Notes: generated from the letters alone by a model not told the origin. A stretch of DNA of 64,000 bases from Stegostoma tigrinum (GCF_030684315.1 NW_026728203.1:124001-188000); one strand, 5' to 3'. Shown: positions 43,235 through 64,000, counted from the stretch's first letter. Program-made: numbers and translations.

Positions 43235-46200
43235 CTTGACTATCCCCACTGACTAAAACCAAAACCACTCAAGAAGTGAGTTGCTCTTCCACAAGCTCTG
43301 TATTTATACTCCTGGGGCCATCCTGCACTCACCCATGGAGGGGTAGAACTGATGATGACTGACAGTTGCTGCTAGCCAATCAGGAACCACCCATGCATAC
43401 AGGCACCAATTAGAGAGAGGGGGTGGGTGTGTTAAGCAGAGCTGATCAGAGGTGGAGATGATAATCAGGTCTGGATGGTTATTCTGTGATTGGAATAGCA
43501 GGAGGCCATTCAGCATTTCAAACCTGCTGTCCCACTCAATCAGTTCATGGGTCATTTGTAGAACAAGGTGTTGAGCTGGATGAACACAGCAGGTCAAGCA
43601 GCATCAGAGGAACAGGAAAGCTGACGTTTCAGGTCTGGACACTTCTTCATAAATTATTTGGCTCTTTTTTAAAAAGAACTGCATTTGGTTTGAAAAAAGC
43701 TTGAACATTTTGTTTCTGAATTAAGGTGGTTGTGACAACTGCATGAGGAAGTCAATGAAGAAGAGGTGTCAGTTTCTCAGCCTGTTGTGCTGGGATATGA
43801 GACAGAAAGGTGGGAAATTGGCTCTGGGTCGTAGCAAACTGTGACAGGATCAGACGGGGCAAGGACAGGAAGGATGTTCCCAATGATGGGGGGAGTCCAG
43901 GATCAGGGTATCCTGATGTAAGAGGACTGGCTTGGACATTTAAGACAGAGAGGAATACAAACCCAAAATTTACAAAAGTTCCTGGGTGGACATTCAGAGG
44001 ATTTTTAATGACAGAGACCATTGAGCCCATCATGTCCGTATCGGCTTCCGAAAGAGCTACCCACCTAGTCCCCATCTCCAGCCCTATGCCCTCTTTATTC
44101 ATCACATCCAAGTATATATCCAGCTCTTGTTTTGAAGCCACCTATGGGATCTACCTCCGCCACTCTCCCAGGCATCACATTTCAAATCCTAACAATCTTC
44201 TGAATAGAGACCTTTGTCCTCATCTCAGAGCTCCATTACTGACAAATGGTGACCCCTCATTACTGCCATAATCAACTGGTGAAAACAGAATATCCTTCTT
44301 TACCCTGACAGAATTGTTCATTATTTTGATCACTTCAACAGAGTCACCTCTTAAACATTTATGCTCCAAGGAGATTTACCCCAATTTGTTTCATCTTTCC
44401 TTGTATCTAAAATCCCTCATTTCTGGTGTCATTCTTGTAAGTGGGCTTTGAACTCTGTCCAGGGCTTTAATGTCCTTCCTTAAATACCACACCCAGAACT
44501 GAACACAACACTGCAAATGTGGTCGAACCAATGATTTGTAGAGGTGTAACATCTATTCCTCACTTTTATTCTGTCTGCGTCTGTTTGAAAACACATTTCA
44601 CAAAATCCTTCTTCATAGCAGCTTAGTCCCGCTCGGTCACTTTCCAATAATCATACACTTGAACCCAAAGTCCCTCTGCTCCTGCACTCACCTCAGATTT
44701 GTAACCTCAAGCCTGTTATGTCTTTCCATGTTTCTTCAACCAAAACGCATTCATCTTTTATTTTGAAATTTGAAAGCGATTGGCAACATCAAATCTTACT
44801 GAATAAAAAAATCTAACTGCTCATTCACATATTATCCTTTCCAAAGCAAAGCTGTTTTTGGCTTCATCATGGATGATTTACAGCTAATGCTCGGAATGTA
44901 ATCATATTCCCCACTCGCAATCCTAGATGAGGATTGAAAAGAAGCAGGATCTCTGTCTATCCTCTCAAATTCACTTGGAAACTTCAAGCACAGACATCCT
45001 TTACACTTCCACACAGGGTGGGGGGGGGGGTGCGCTTGGGCAAACATTATCGTAATCAATTAAGCAGCTCTCTGCCCAGGTTCATTCTCGAAGTTTTGTG
45101 CATAACCAGCTTTGGGTCAAAACTGCTAGACCTGTGGAGTCCCCATGTAATTGAACTTGACAATTTCACCAAAGAACTTCCGTCCAGAGGTATGTGAACC
45201 ACTCTGAGGTCAGGCTTAACATTAGATTAGAGAACATGGTGGCTTGCCTTCTTGAATTGCTGTTGCCCGTGTGGCGCAGGCAGATCCACAATGTTGCCTT
45301 TGAGGGAATTCCAGGATTCTGATCTACCAATGCTGGAGGAATGGGGTTATGTTTCCAACTCAGCACAACAAGTAGCTTGGTGTAGAAATTACAGAGCGTG
45401 ATGTTCCCATGTATCAGATATCCTTCTCCCATGGCAAGTAATAGGGGCTTTAGAATGCTTTGGTGGATTTGTATAGGAATTGGGAGATGATACCCATTGC
45501 AGTCCCCACACATCAGTGTTGGAAAGAGGCAATCCAGTGGCTGCTTGGAGATGAAGCCAATCAAGTTTCTGGAGTGTTGGACTGTTCTCCTGATTCTGTC
45601 TGACAACACTCTGGAATTAACTTAATGCTAATCATTAGCTTAAGTGTCAAAAACCCATCCTTAACTGGTCTGCGTATGACCCTACAACTACACTAATTGT
45701 TTGACTCTGGCCTGGCCTTGGGACAACCAGACATGGATAATAAACACTATCCTTTTAATAAAAGGAGACCATCACAAATTAGGCAGCCATAGTGCAGCAC
45801 ATGTGCAGTCAGCTGCAGGAGCACTGATTTCATTGTAAATAAGGTAAAAATCTGAACTGCTGTTTTCTGCCAGTGGTAGTTTGGTTCCAGCTTTATTTTC
45901 ACCATGTGCCCTTGGCATTTGTTATCTCTGCATTGCAGAGCAATGCTAGAAGTTCTACCACATGGGCTCCAAGGTGCGCACTGCTGCATTTCCAAATACA
46001 GGTCATTCTAAATGAAGAGAGAGACTGATACAAGGGAAAGCTGATTTTGCCATTCTCCGAGATGCGGCCACTGGACAAAGTCCTTCCACCACTGATAAGG
46101 CAGAAAGGGGAAAACGAGAGAGAAACCGATTCCCTACCTGTGGAAGCAATTGCTTATCAATAAAATCTGAAAAAAGCAGTGCATCTTTGATGCTAAATGT

Positions 46201-46824
46201 ATTACTTGGTATTCCTGTTTGAAAGAGTGAATGTATGCACAAATATTAAATTCCAAGTGCAAGAACAAATTGCTGGAAAAACCTCACAGGTCTAGCAACA
46301 CTTGTCAAAAGATGATGTGTCTCAGGTCCTGGGACCGAGAACAGTTTCCCCTGCGCAGAAGCTGCCAAACTGGAGATTTCCAGTAGCTGATTATCTCAAC
46401 AAGACCTAAACATTGCACAGGGAAGGGCTGTAGCTCAGAGCCAAACATTTAGACAGGGGGCTGCTCAATCAGGGTATTGACTAGAAGCTGGTCCTGAAAA
46501 ATTGATTCAGTACAACACTGCTTACTAGCCAAACCCAAAAACACCACAGGCTCAACACTGAATTTCCACTACAAGGATTGACCACTTAATTCCTATAGAC
46601 AAGAGAAAAAAAGAGCAAACTACTGGGGCAGGCATTGAATCAAAGGTTAATCAGAAATAACAGGAGGATTTAATGATCAGGTGTCAAACAGCAATACCAA
46701 GAGCCAGAAGCAGCTGTGAAATTATGCAAAGTACTCAGTTCCATGGTGAACACTATAATTTGCACAGAGCACAACCAAATTATTTGGATTATGTCACCAT
46801 AAACAAAGATATTATTGACCCCAC

Positions 46825-49110
<2,286 letters not shown>

Positions 49111-51194
49111 CTTCACTATTCCTGCTCACAAGCACCAAGAAAACTCTAGAACTAAGTCTCTCTCTCCCACAGGCTCTTGTATTTATAGTCCTGGGACCAT
49201 CCTGCAGTCACACAGAGAGGCAGAACTGATGATGACTGACAGTTGCTGCTAGCCAATCAGGAACCACCCCTGCATACAGGCACCAATGAGAGAGAGGGGG
49301 AGGGTGTGTTAAGCAGAGCTGATCAGAGGTGGAGATGAGAGCCAGGTCTGGATGGTTATTCTGTGATTGGAACAGCAGGAGGCCATTCGGCATCTCAAAC
49401 CTTCTGTACCACTCACTCATGTCAGAGGTCATTTGGTTCTTTTTTAAAAGAAGGTGATTTGGTTTGAGAAAAGTTTTCACATTTTTTTATATTAAGGTGG
49501 TTGTGAGCAACTGCATGAGGGATTCAATGAGGAAGAGGGGCATCAGTTTCTCAGCTTGTTGTGCTGGGATTTGGGAAAGAAAGTTGGGAAATTGTCTCTG
49601 GGTCATCGAAAATTATAAGTGTCAGCTGTGGAAAAGACAGGAAGGATGTTCCTGATTATGGGGGAGTTCAGGACCAGGGTTTGCAGTCTAAGAATACATT
49701 TAGGACTGAGGTGAGGAGAAATCTCTTCACCTCGGGGGGGGGCGAAGCGGTGGAACCTGTGGAATTCTCTGCCACAGAAAAGGATTGAAGCCAAAACAGG
49801 AATTGGGGAGAGCTTTGAGGGCTGGATCAAAAGGGTGAGAATATGGTGCTGAGTAATGGAATCAGCCACAATCACATGAATGGCAGAGCAGGCTGCAAGG
49901 GATGAATGGCCGACTCAACATTTATTTTCTATGATTCTATGTTTGTGCAACCAGCGCAGCCAGGGTCTTGTGGTTTAGGGGTAATGTCCCTAGCTTTGGA
50001 CCAGGAGGCCTTGGTACAAGTTCCTACCAGATCCAGAGATCTTAAATCATCTCTACAGGCAGATTTAGAAAACAACCAGAACAGGTACAGGCACAAAGGA
50101 CCGAATGGCCTCCTGCTGTGCCATAACAATTCTCCGATTCTGTGGTGGGTCTGTACCTGAGCAGAATCTCCCTGCCTCCAGCTCCTGCCTGTGGATTGTC
50201 ACCTCGCAGTGATGGAGAGCCTCGAGTGTTCTGTTGGTTCTCAGAGTGATACCTGAAGAGGATTTCACCTCGTGGCAGGGCCACCCTGGACGGTACGATC
50301 GAGGGGAGGGTCCTGACAAAGTGCAATGCAAAACCAGTCCCCAGCGGCCATCCAGGTAGAAGATTAGGTGTGTGCGATCGTTGGCTGTGACAGTGGGTGA
50401 AGGCCAGCAGTGGGGGGATCCCCAGTCAACATTTCTTTGCCAGTGGAACTGGGTCTACCTTATGTAAAGGACCATGTCTCTGCTGATGTGTAACAGCTTT
50501 CCCACATTAAAGGTGCCTTCTACAGGTGGAATTCAAACCCTGTCCCCAAACTCTCAGAATTTCCTGGGTGGAAATTCAGAGCGTTCTTCACAACAGGAGG
50601 CAGTTCAGCCCACCGTTCCTGTATTAGCTTCTGAAAGAGCTACCTGATTAGTCCCACTTTCCAGCCCTATCTCTGTCACTCTCTAAATTCGTCACTTCTA
50701 ACGACATATCCAACTCTTGTTTTGAAACCACCCATGGAATCCATCTCTGTCACTCTCCCAGGCAGCACATTCCAAATCCGAACAACTTTCTGAGCAAAGA
50801 GGTTTCTTCCCATTTCACTCTGATCTCCCCTACTGACAAACTGTGAACTCTCGTCACTGACAAGTCAACTGCTGAAATCAGAATATCCTGTTTACTCTAT
50901 CAAAATTGTTCATAGTTTTGATCACGTCAACAAGGTCACCTCTCAATAAGGTCACCTGCAAGGAGATTTACCCCATTTTCCTTAATCTTTCCGTGTCTCT
51001 AAAATTCCTCATTCCTGGGCTCATTCTGATAAATCTCCTTTGAACTCTTTTGCAGGTTCTTCTTGTCCTTCCTTGAATGCCACGCCCAGAACTGAGTACA
51101 TAATTGAAATGTGGTCTAACCAATGATTTGTAGAGGTGTAACATCAATTCATTGCTTTTATACTCGATGCCTCAATTTGAAAACACAAGGTTCA

Positions 51195-52384
51195 TAGAAC
51201 AATACAGCGCAGAACGGGCCCTTCGGCCCTCGATGTTGCGCCGACCTGTGAGCTAATCCAAGCCCCACCTCCTACACCATCCCGTCATCATCCATATGCT
51301 TATCCAAGGACTGTTTAAATGCCCCTAACGTGGCTGAGTTAACTACATTGGCAGGCAGGGCTTTCCACGCCCTTACCACTCTCTGAGTAAAGAACCTGCC
51401 TCTGACAAATGTCTTAAATGTACCACCCCGCAATTTGTAGCTATGCCCCCTTGTACAAGTTGAAGTCATCATCCTCGGAAAAAGACTCTCACTGTCCACC
51501 CTATCTAATCCTCTGATCATCTTGTATGTCTCTATTAAATCCCCTCTTAGCCTACTTCTCTCCAATGAGAACAGATCCAAGTCCCTCAGCGTTTCTTCAT
51601 AGGCCCTGCGCTCCAGACCAGGCAACATCCTGGTAAATCTCCTCTGCACCTTTCCCAATGCTTCCACATCCTTCCTGTAATGGGGTGACCAGAACTGCAC
51701 GCAATATTCCAAATGAGGCCGCACTAGCGTTTTGTACAGTTGCAGCATGACATCACGGCTCCGGAACTCAATCCCTCTACTAATAAAACCTAACACACGG
51801 TAAGCCTTCTTATCAGCATCATCAACCTCGGTGACAACTTTCAGGGATCTATGTACATGGACACCAAGAGCCATCTGCACATCCACACTGCCAAGAATCT
51901 TTCCATTGACCCGGTATTCTGCCTTCCTGCTATTCCCCCAAAAGTGAATCAACTCACATTTATCTGCATTGAACTCCATTTGCCACCTTTCAGCCCAATT
52001 CTGCAGTTTATCCAAGTCTCCCTGCAACGTGCAACATTCTTCCACACCGTCCACCACTCCACCGACTTTAGTGTCATCTGCAAACTTACTAACCCATCCA
52101 CCTATGCCTGCGTCCAAGTCATTTATAAAAATGACAAACAGCAGTGGTCCTAAAGCAGATCCTTGAGGCACACCACGAGTGACCTGACTCCAGGCTGGAT
52201 ATTTTCCATCAACCACCACTCGTTGCCTTCTCACAGAACGCCAGTTTCTAATACAAACTGCTAAATCTCCCTCAATCCTGTGCCTCTGTATTTTCTCCAA
52301 TAGCCTACCATGTGTAGCCTTATCAAAGGCTTTACTGAAGTCCATGTACACCATGTCAACTGCCCTTCCCTCATCCACATGCTT
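51195..52384 (-). mobile_element. 5'-truncated CR1 LINE, duplicate of insertion a, with an uninterrupted 368-aa RT fragment
   Basis: ORF 51272-52378 (MDFSKAFD, GVPQGS, FADDTK). Same ggttca flanks and breakpoints as 9309-10498. Confidence 0.95.
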
Positions 52385-54761
52385 GGTTCACCTCAGCCTT
52401 CTCAATAACAGCTTCATCTTGGCTGGTCACTTTCAGATAATCACATACTTGAAACCCAAAGTCTCTCTGCTCCTGTACTCACATCAGATTTGTAACATCG
52501 AGCCTGTTTTGTCTTTCTATGTTTCTCAAACAAAATGTGTTATTCACATATTTTTAGTGTTGAAATTAGAAAGTGATTGTCAAAGTCAAGCCTTACCCAA
52601 TAAATATCTAACAGCACGTGCACATATTATCTTCTCCACAAAGAAGCTGTTTTTGACATTATCCTGGATGATTCAGTTGGAATGTGAAAACTATAATCCT
52701 ATTTTGCACACAGTCCTCAATGACCATAGACAAGAAATAGATTCTGTCTGTTCACTCTGTCAAATCCATTAATCCTCTGAAATTTCAAACACGGCCATCC
52801 CTTAACCTTCTACACAGAGGGACTGGGACAAGCCGTTGTCATCAATGAACCAGCTCTCTGTCCAAGTTCATTGCAGAAATTCTGTGCATAACCATCTTTG
52901 GGTCGAAGCTGCTAGAACTGAGCACTCCAGCAGTGGTTGAGCTAGAACTTGACAATTTCACAAAAGAACCATCAGCCAGAGGTAGTTGAAACCCTCGGAG
53001 ATCAGGCCTAACATTAGATGAGAGAATGTGGTGGCTTATGTTCTTGAATTGCTGTTGCCCATTTGGTGTAGGCAGATCCCCAATGCTGTTAGGGAGGGAA
53101 TTCCAGGATTCTGATCCAGCAACCTAGGGGAATGGGACCATGTTTCCAACTCAGGATGGTGAATGGTTTGGTGTAGAATTTAGAGGCGGTTGTGTTCCAT
53201 GTATTTGCTGCCCTTGTCCCATGGCAAGTAATGGGGGCTTTGGAAGGTGTTGTCTAAGGAGCTTTGGTGGATTTCTACAACATTTGGTGATAGTACACAT
53301 TGCAGTCCCTGTGTGTCAGTGGTGGAAGGAGTGAATCTCGTGGCTGCTCTGAGCTGGCAACTCTTAAGCTTCTGGAGTGTTGGACTGATGCCCATTGTCC
53401 TGATTCTGTCTGAACAACTCTCTACGGGCATTAAGAACCTAAAAATGAGCATGCAATTCCTCGTCTGAATAAAATATCCTTTTCACTGAAGTCATTCAGG
53501 GAAGGGAACTGCCAAACTGCCATCCTTACCTGGTCTGGCCAGTATATGACACCAAGCCTAAAGCACTGTGGTTGACTAATTGTCCCATGGGCAGTTCAGA
53601 GAGAGGATAAATGCTGCCTGGTCAGTGACATCCTTATCCTGTCAAGGAATTGTCAGTGGTCACCCATTAGAAACCAGTGACTGATTGTGATTGACAGCAA
53701 TGAGCTAGACCCAATGCAGCGTGTGTGGAGCCACATGGAGGCCAGATTACATCAGAAAGCTGATTTTCTTCACAATTAAATGTAAAGGAAATTGGAACTA
53801 CTGACTTCTGCAAGTGGTATTTTGTTTTTAGCTTGATTTTCACCAGGTGTCCTCAGCATTTGTCACCTTTGCATTGCAGAGCAAGGACAGGAGTTACAGC
53901 AGATGCTTTAGAAGGTGGGCACTGCTTCATTGCCTAATAGAGGCCATAGTCATTAGCATTGTCAGGGAGAAAGCAGAGCTTTCATTCTACTGAATGGAAA
54001 GGACATACTAGAGAAACCAATTCTCTAGCTCAGGAAACATGTAAATGGTAAACAGTTGCAGAAAAGCAGGTGTACCTTGCACGATTGGTCAACTTTATAT
54101 TCTTCTAATGAGGAATTTTGTGACCTATTAAAGTCAGTAGAATTGAAGCAAGAGAACAAGTAGGTGGAAAACACCTCATGGCCTGCCAACAAAATCAGTC
54201 AAGAGATAAACACGTGTCTCGTGTCCCGGTTCTGTTCAACACTTCTCACTACCAAACCTGAGATTTCCCAGCAGCTTTTGTTCCTGGTTTCCAGTGTCAG
54301 CTTGGTTTTTCCAAAAATGCTGAAGAGTGAGTGAATGGACAGGCCTTGGCAATGCCAATTGTTTAGGCACAGGACAGATTTCAGTCATGGTTTTGACCAG
54401 AAGCTGGTCCTGAAAAATTGTCCTGGGGAAGCGGAGGACAGATTTTGTTGTGGCATTGTCTGCAATGCAGATGTTTGCCAGTTGTGGCATTTCCAAGGTC
54501 AAGATTGCCCACTCAATCCCTACAGACAGACGCTCAGCAGAAGCAAACACCGAGCCAATAACTGGGGTAGGCAGTGAATCAAAAGGTTGTCAAAGAACAA
54601 AATCCATTTTGTGATCACTTGTTAAAACAGCAACCAGAAGCAGCTATGAAGTGACACAGTACTCAGTTCCATGGTGAACACTACTTTTATTTGCTCAGAG
54701 CACAACCAAAGCCATTCACGAGAATGAGGTCACCATGTACAACAGATATTATTGACCCCAC

Positions 54762-55948
<1,187 letters not shown>

Positions 55949-56600
55949 CCGTGGGGAAGAGAAAGGCAGGAAAGGGAAACATATCTGATGTTAATCAATG
56001 GCACTCCTCAATCAGAAACTAACCTGGTCACCATCTTGATTGCACACTTAAGAACAAAGAAAATCACAGCACAGGAGCAGGCCCTTTGGCCCTCCAAGCC
56101 TGCACCGATCGAGATCCTGTGTAAGTCTGTCATCTCTTTTCTAGGGTCAGTATCCCTTTGCTCCCTGCCCATCCATGTACCTGTCCAGATACATCTTAAA
56201 AGGACACTTGCGTGACTTCGTCTCCCACCTCCACATGCAACGTGTGCCAGGCACCCTTCAACCTCTGCGTAAAGAGCTTGCCACACATCCACATGATAAA
56301 TTGCCCGTAGGGTTCAGAAGTGTGGGGGGTTTTGGTGGGATGCTTTAAGGGCCAGTGTGGACATTTTTGGCTAAAAGGGCCTGTTTCCACACTGTAGGCA
56401 ATCTAACCAAATCCCCTCGAAACTTTGCTCTTATTTTGAACTCATGACGCCGAGTCATTGAATCCCCGACTCTGGGAAAAAGCTTCTTGCTATTCACCTT
56501 GTCTATAGTTCTCATGATTTTGTTGACCTCAGTCAGGTTCCCCCCCGACCCCATCACCCTTCTAATGAAAATAATCTTAAATGCATTCATCTTTTATGTT

Positions 56601-57762
56601 ATAGAACAGAGAACATGACAGCACAGTACAGGCCCTTCGGCCCTTGACGTTGTGCCGACCTGTCATACCGATCTGAAGCTCATCTAACCTACACTATTCC
56701 ATGTACGTCCATATGCTTGTCCAATGACAACTTAAATGTACTTAAAGTTGGTGAATTTACTACCGTTGCAGGCAAAACGTTCCACACCCTTGCTATTCTC
56801 TGAGTAAAGAAACTACCTCTGACATCTGTCGTATATCTTTCACCCCTCAATTTAAAGCTATGCCCCTCGTGCTCGCCGTCTCCGTCTTAGGAAAAAGGCT
56901 CTCCCTTTCCAACCTGTCTAACTCTTTGATTATCTTATATGCCTCAATTAAGTCACCTCTCAACCTTCTTTTCTCTAACGAAAACAGCCTCAAGTCCCTC
57001 AGCCTTTCCTCGTAAGACTTTCCCTCCATACCAGGCAACATCCCAGTAAACCTCCTCTGCACCCTTTCCAAAACTTCCACATCCTTCTTATAATGCGGTG
57101 ACCAGAACTGTACACAATGCTACAAGTGCGGCCGCACAAGAGTTTTGTACAGCTGCAGCATAACCTCTTGGTTCCGGAACATGATCCCTGTGTTCATAAA
57201 AGCTAAAACACTGTATGCCTTCTTAACAACCCTGTCAACCTGGGTGGCAACTTTCAAGGATCTGTGTACATGGTCACCGAGATCTCTCTGCTCATCTACA
57301 CGACCAAGAATCTTACAGTACTTTGCCTTCCGGTTCCTCCTACCAAAGTACATCACCTCACACTTGTCCGCATTAACCTCCGTTTGCCACCTCTCAGCCC
57401 AGCTCTGCAACTTATCTACGTCTCTCTGTAACCTACAACATTCTTCGTCACTATCCACATCTCCACCGACCTTAGTGTCGTCTGCAAATTTACTAACCCA
57501 TCCTTCTACGTTTATAAAAATGACAAACAGCAGTGGACCCAACACGGACCCTTGCGGTACACCGCGAGTAACCGGTCTCCAGGATGAACATTTCCCATCA
57601 ACCACCACCCTGTCTTCTTTCAGCAAGCCAATTTCTGATCCAAACTGCTATATCTCCCACAGTCTCATTCCTCCACATTTTGTACAATAGCCTAATCGAA
57701 CGCCTTGCCGAAATGCATATACACCACATCAACCGGTTTTCTCTCATCTACCTGTTTGGTCA
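56601..57762 (-). mobile_element. 5'-truncated CR1 LINE, duplicate of insertion b
   Basis: ORFs 57120-57626 and 56847-57080. Same tatgtt flanks (56595-56600 and 57763-57768) as 15882-17043. Confidence 0.93.
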
Positions 57763-59837
57763 TATGTTCTAATGGGAAAGTGATTGGCAACATCAATATC
57801 TTACCGAATAAATATCTAACTGCTCATTCACATATTATCCTTTCCAAAAAGCAGCTGTTTTTTGCTTTATCATGGATGATTTACTTCTACTACTAGGAAT
57901 GTAATCATATTCCCCCCTCTCAGTCCTGGATGCGAATTGAAAAGAAGCAGGATCTCTCTATCTACCCTATCAAATCCATGAATCCACTTGTAAATTTCAA
58001 GCACAGACATCCCGTCCACTTCTACATCGAGGGACTTGGGAAAACGATTATCATCGGAGCCAATTAACTTTCTGCCCAGGTTCATTCCAGAAATTCTGTG
58101 CGTAAGCATCTTTGGATTGAACCTACTAGAACCGTGCACTCGAGATGGAGTTGAGCTAGAACTTGACAATTTCACAAAAGAAGAAGGCCCAGCCAGAGGT
58201 ATTTGACCCGCTCTGAGATCATGCCCACCACAAGAGAATGGGGTGGCTTTCCTTCTTTAATTGCTGTTGCCTATTTGCTGTAGTCAGATCCACAATGTTC
58301 TTAGTGAGGGAATTCCAGGATTCTGATCCACCGACACTGGAGTGTTATGTTTCCAACTCAGGATGGCAGGTAGCGCGATGGAGAACTTAGAGGGGGTCGT
58401 TTTCCCCCGTGTCAGATGCCTTTCTCCCATGGCAACTAATTAGGGCTTTGGAAAGTCTTGTCTCAGGAGCTTTGGTGGATTTCTACAGCTTTTGGGAGGT
58501 GGTACACAGTGTACTCCGTGTGTGTCAGTGGTGCAAAGAATGAATCTAGTGGCTGCTGGAGGCCATCAAGTTTCTGGAGTGGTGGACTGATCTCCTAATT
58601 CTGTGCGACAACTCTCTGGAGTTCTAGAATTAAGAAGCTGATGAGGAGCATTATATTCAGTGTCAAAAACCCATCCTTACCTAGTCTGGCCTGCATATGA
58701 CGCTGCAACCACAGCCATGTGTGTGACTCTGACCTGGCCTTGGGAACATTGGATAAATAAATGTCAGCTCAGAGACATCCTCATCCTTTAAATAAAGGAA
58801 ACTGTCACCCCTGCGCATCAGTAATTAGGCAGCCATAGTGCATTGCAGGTGGAGGTACATGCCGGTCAGTGTACATCAGGAGAGCTTATTTCCTTGCTAC
58901 GCACACAAACTGCTGCTTTCTGCTAGTGGCATTTGCATTCTAGCTTTATTTTTACTGAGCCTTTGGCATCTCTACATTGCAGATCAATGATAGAAGTTCT
59001 ACCACAGGGGCTCCAAGGTGGGCACTGCTGCATTACGTAATGAGGATCATTTTCTGCTTCTAGACAGACTGATACACGAGAAAACAAATTTTGCCATTCT
59101 CCTACAATCAGGCAGTGCCCTTACTCCTTCCCCCACTGCAGCAAAAGAGAGTAAACAATTTCCCAGCTCTGGACACAATTGCTTATCTAAAATGCTAAAG
59201 ATCAGTGCATCTTAGATGCTGGATGTTCCACTATATATTCCTGTTCAAAAGAGTGAAAGTATGCTCAAATCACTAGATTTGAAGTGCGACAAAAAAATTG
59301 CTGGAAAGCCTCACAGGTCTGGCAACATCTGTCACAAGATATGACTGTAGCTTGGGTCCTGGGACTGAGAACAGTTCTCTGCACAGATGCTCCCCAAACC
59401 TGCTATTTCCTGCCCCTACTTATTTACAAAAGAGACTTGAACATTGCCAAGGGCAGTGTCCAACAGTGAGACAGGGGGCTGGTTTCACTGAAGATATTGA
59501 CTAGAAGCTGGTTTGGAATAAAAAGTCAATACAACACTGCTTACTAGCCAAAAAACCCAAATTGAACACTTGTGGAATTTCCACTGCGAGGATTGCCCAC
59601 TTAATTCCTACAGACAAGAGAAAGGAGCAGACCACTGGGGCAGGCATTGAATCAAAGGTTAATCAGAACAGAAAAGGAATTAATGATCAGGTGTCAAACA
59701 GCAATACCAAGAGCCAGAAGCAGCTGTGAAATTATGCAAAGTACTCAGTTCCATGGTGAACACTACTTTAATTTGCTCAGAGCACAACCAAGTAACTAGC
59801 ATTATGTCACCATGTACAACATACACATTGACCCCAT

Positions 59838-62049
<2,212 letters not shown>

Positions 62050-64000
62050 CTTCACTATTCCTGCTCACAAGCACCAAGAAAACTCTAGAACTAAGTCTCT
62101 CTCTCCCACAGGCTCTTGTATTTATAGTCCTGGGACCATCCTGCAGTCACACAGAGAGAGGCAGAACTGATGATGACTGACAGTTGCTGCCGGCCAATCA
62201 GGAACCACCCATGCATACAGGCACCAATGAGAGAGAGGGGGAGGGTGTGTTAAGCAGAGCTGATCAGAGGTGGAGATGAGAGCCAGGTCTGGATGGTTAT
62301 TCTGTGATTGGAACAGCAGGAGGCCATTCGGCATCTCAAACCTTCTGCACCACTCAATCAGGTCATGGGTCATTTGGTTCTTTTCTAAAAGAAGTCAATT
62401 TGGTTTCAAAAAAGTTACACATTTTTTAAAAATTAAGGTGGTTGTGACCAACTGCATGAAGGATTCAGTGAGGAAGAGGGGCATCCATTTCTCAGCTTGT
62501 TGTGCTGGGATTTGGGAAAGAAGGGTGGGAAATTGTCTCTGGGTCATAGAAAATTATAACAGTGTCAGCTGTGGAAAAGACAGGAAGGATGTTCCTGATT
62601 ATGGGGGAGGCCAGGACCCGGGTTTGCAATCTAAGGATACGTTTAGGACTGAGGGGAGGAGAAATCTCTTCACCTCGGGGGGCGGGGTGGTGGAACCTGT
62701 GGAATTCTCTGCCACAGAAAAGGATTGAAGCTAAAACAGGAATTGGGGAGAGCTTTGAGGGCTGGATCAAAAGGGATTGCAGAGAGGGTGAGAATATGGT
62801 GCTGAGTTATGGAATCAGCCACAATCACATGGAATGGCAGAGCAGGCTGGAAGGGATGAATGGCCGACTCAACATTTCTTTTCTATGATTCTATGTTTGT
62901 GCAACCAGCGCAGCCAGGGTCTTGTGGTTTAGGGGTAATGTCCCTAGCTTTGGACCAAGAGGCCTTGGTACAAGTTCCTACCAGATCCAGAGCTCTTAAA
63001 TCAGCTCTACAGGCAGATTTAGAAAACAACCAGAACAGGTACAGGCACAAAGGACCGAATGGCCTCCTGCTGTGCCATAACAATTCTCCGATTCTGTGGT
63101 GGGTCTGTACCTGAGCAGGATCTCCCTGCCTCCAGCTCCTGCCTGTGGATTGTCACCTCGCAGTGATGGAGAGCCTCGAGTGTTCTGTTGGTTCTCAGAG
63201 TGATAAGTGAAGAGGATTTCACCTCCTGGCAGGGCCACCCTGGACGGTATGATCGAGGGGAGGGTCCTGATAAGGTGCAATGCAAAACCAGTTCCCAGCG
63301 GCCATCCAGGTGGAAGATAGGTGTGTGCGATCGTTGGCTGTGACAGTGGGTGTTGGTCAGCAGTGGGGGGATCCCCAGTCAACATTTCTTAACCTGTGGA
63401 ACTGGGTCTACCTTGTGTAAAGGAGCATGTCTCTGCTGGCGTGTAACAGCTTTCCCACATTAAAGGTGCCTTCTACAGGTGGAATTCAAACCCCGTCCCC
63501 AAACTCTCAGAATTTCCTGGGTGGAAATTCAGAGCGTTCTTCACAACAGGAGGCCGTTCAGCCCACCGTTCCTGTATTAGCTTCTGAAAGAGCTACCTGA
63601 TTAGTCCCACTTTCCAGCCCTATCTCTGTCCCTCTCTAAATTCGTCACTTCCAAGGACATATCCAACTCTTGTTTTGAAACCACCCATGGAATCGACCTC
63701 CGTCACTCTCCCAGGCAGCACATTCCAAATCCGAACAACTTTCTGAGCAAAGAGGTTTCTTCCCATTTCACTCTGATCTCCCCTACTGACAAACTGTGAC
63801 CCCTCGTCACTGACAAGTCAACTGCTGAAATCAGAATATCGTGTTTACTCTATCAAAATTGTTCATAGTTTTGATCACGTCAACAAGGTCACCTCTCAAT
63901 AAGGTCACCTGCAAGGAGATTTACCCCATTTTCCTTCATCTTTCCGTGTATCTAAAATTCCTCACTCCTGGGGTCATTCTAATAAATCTCCTTTGAACTC

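Overview
Vertebrate genomic DNA, most likely a cartilaginous fish (inferred from CR1 LINEs, Penelope-like elements and SINE fragments resembling shark HE1 and SacSINE1). The whole window is a head-to-tail tandem array of 4-exon ferritin genes on the minus strand, with a unit of about 5-8.5 kb. It holds 9 copies plus exon 1 of a tenth at the left edge. The coding exons are 102/147/126/147 nt and give a 173-aa H/M-type subunit with a complete ferroxidase centre. Only three copies keep an intact ORF with canonical splice sites (4803-7193, 19130-21422, 46825-49110). The other six are broken, each in a different way: nonsense codons, frameshifts, splice-site loss, loss of exon 1, or a Penelope-like retroelement inserted in exon 1. 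That insertion has a 16-bp target-site duplication, a minimal hammerhead ribozyme motif at its 3' end and 5.5 TTAGGG telomeric repeats at its 5' junction. TATA and Inr spacing predicts a 5' UTR of about 43 nt with no iron-responsive element. Spacers are mosaics of shared modules, consistent with unequal crossing-over. Most short ORFs in the supplied track are shadows of these repeats.
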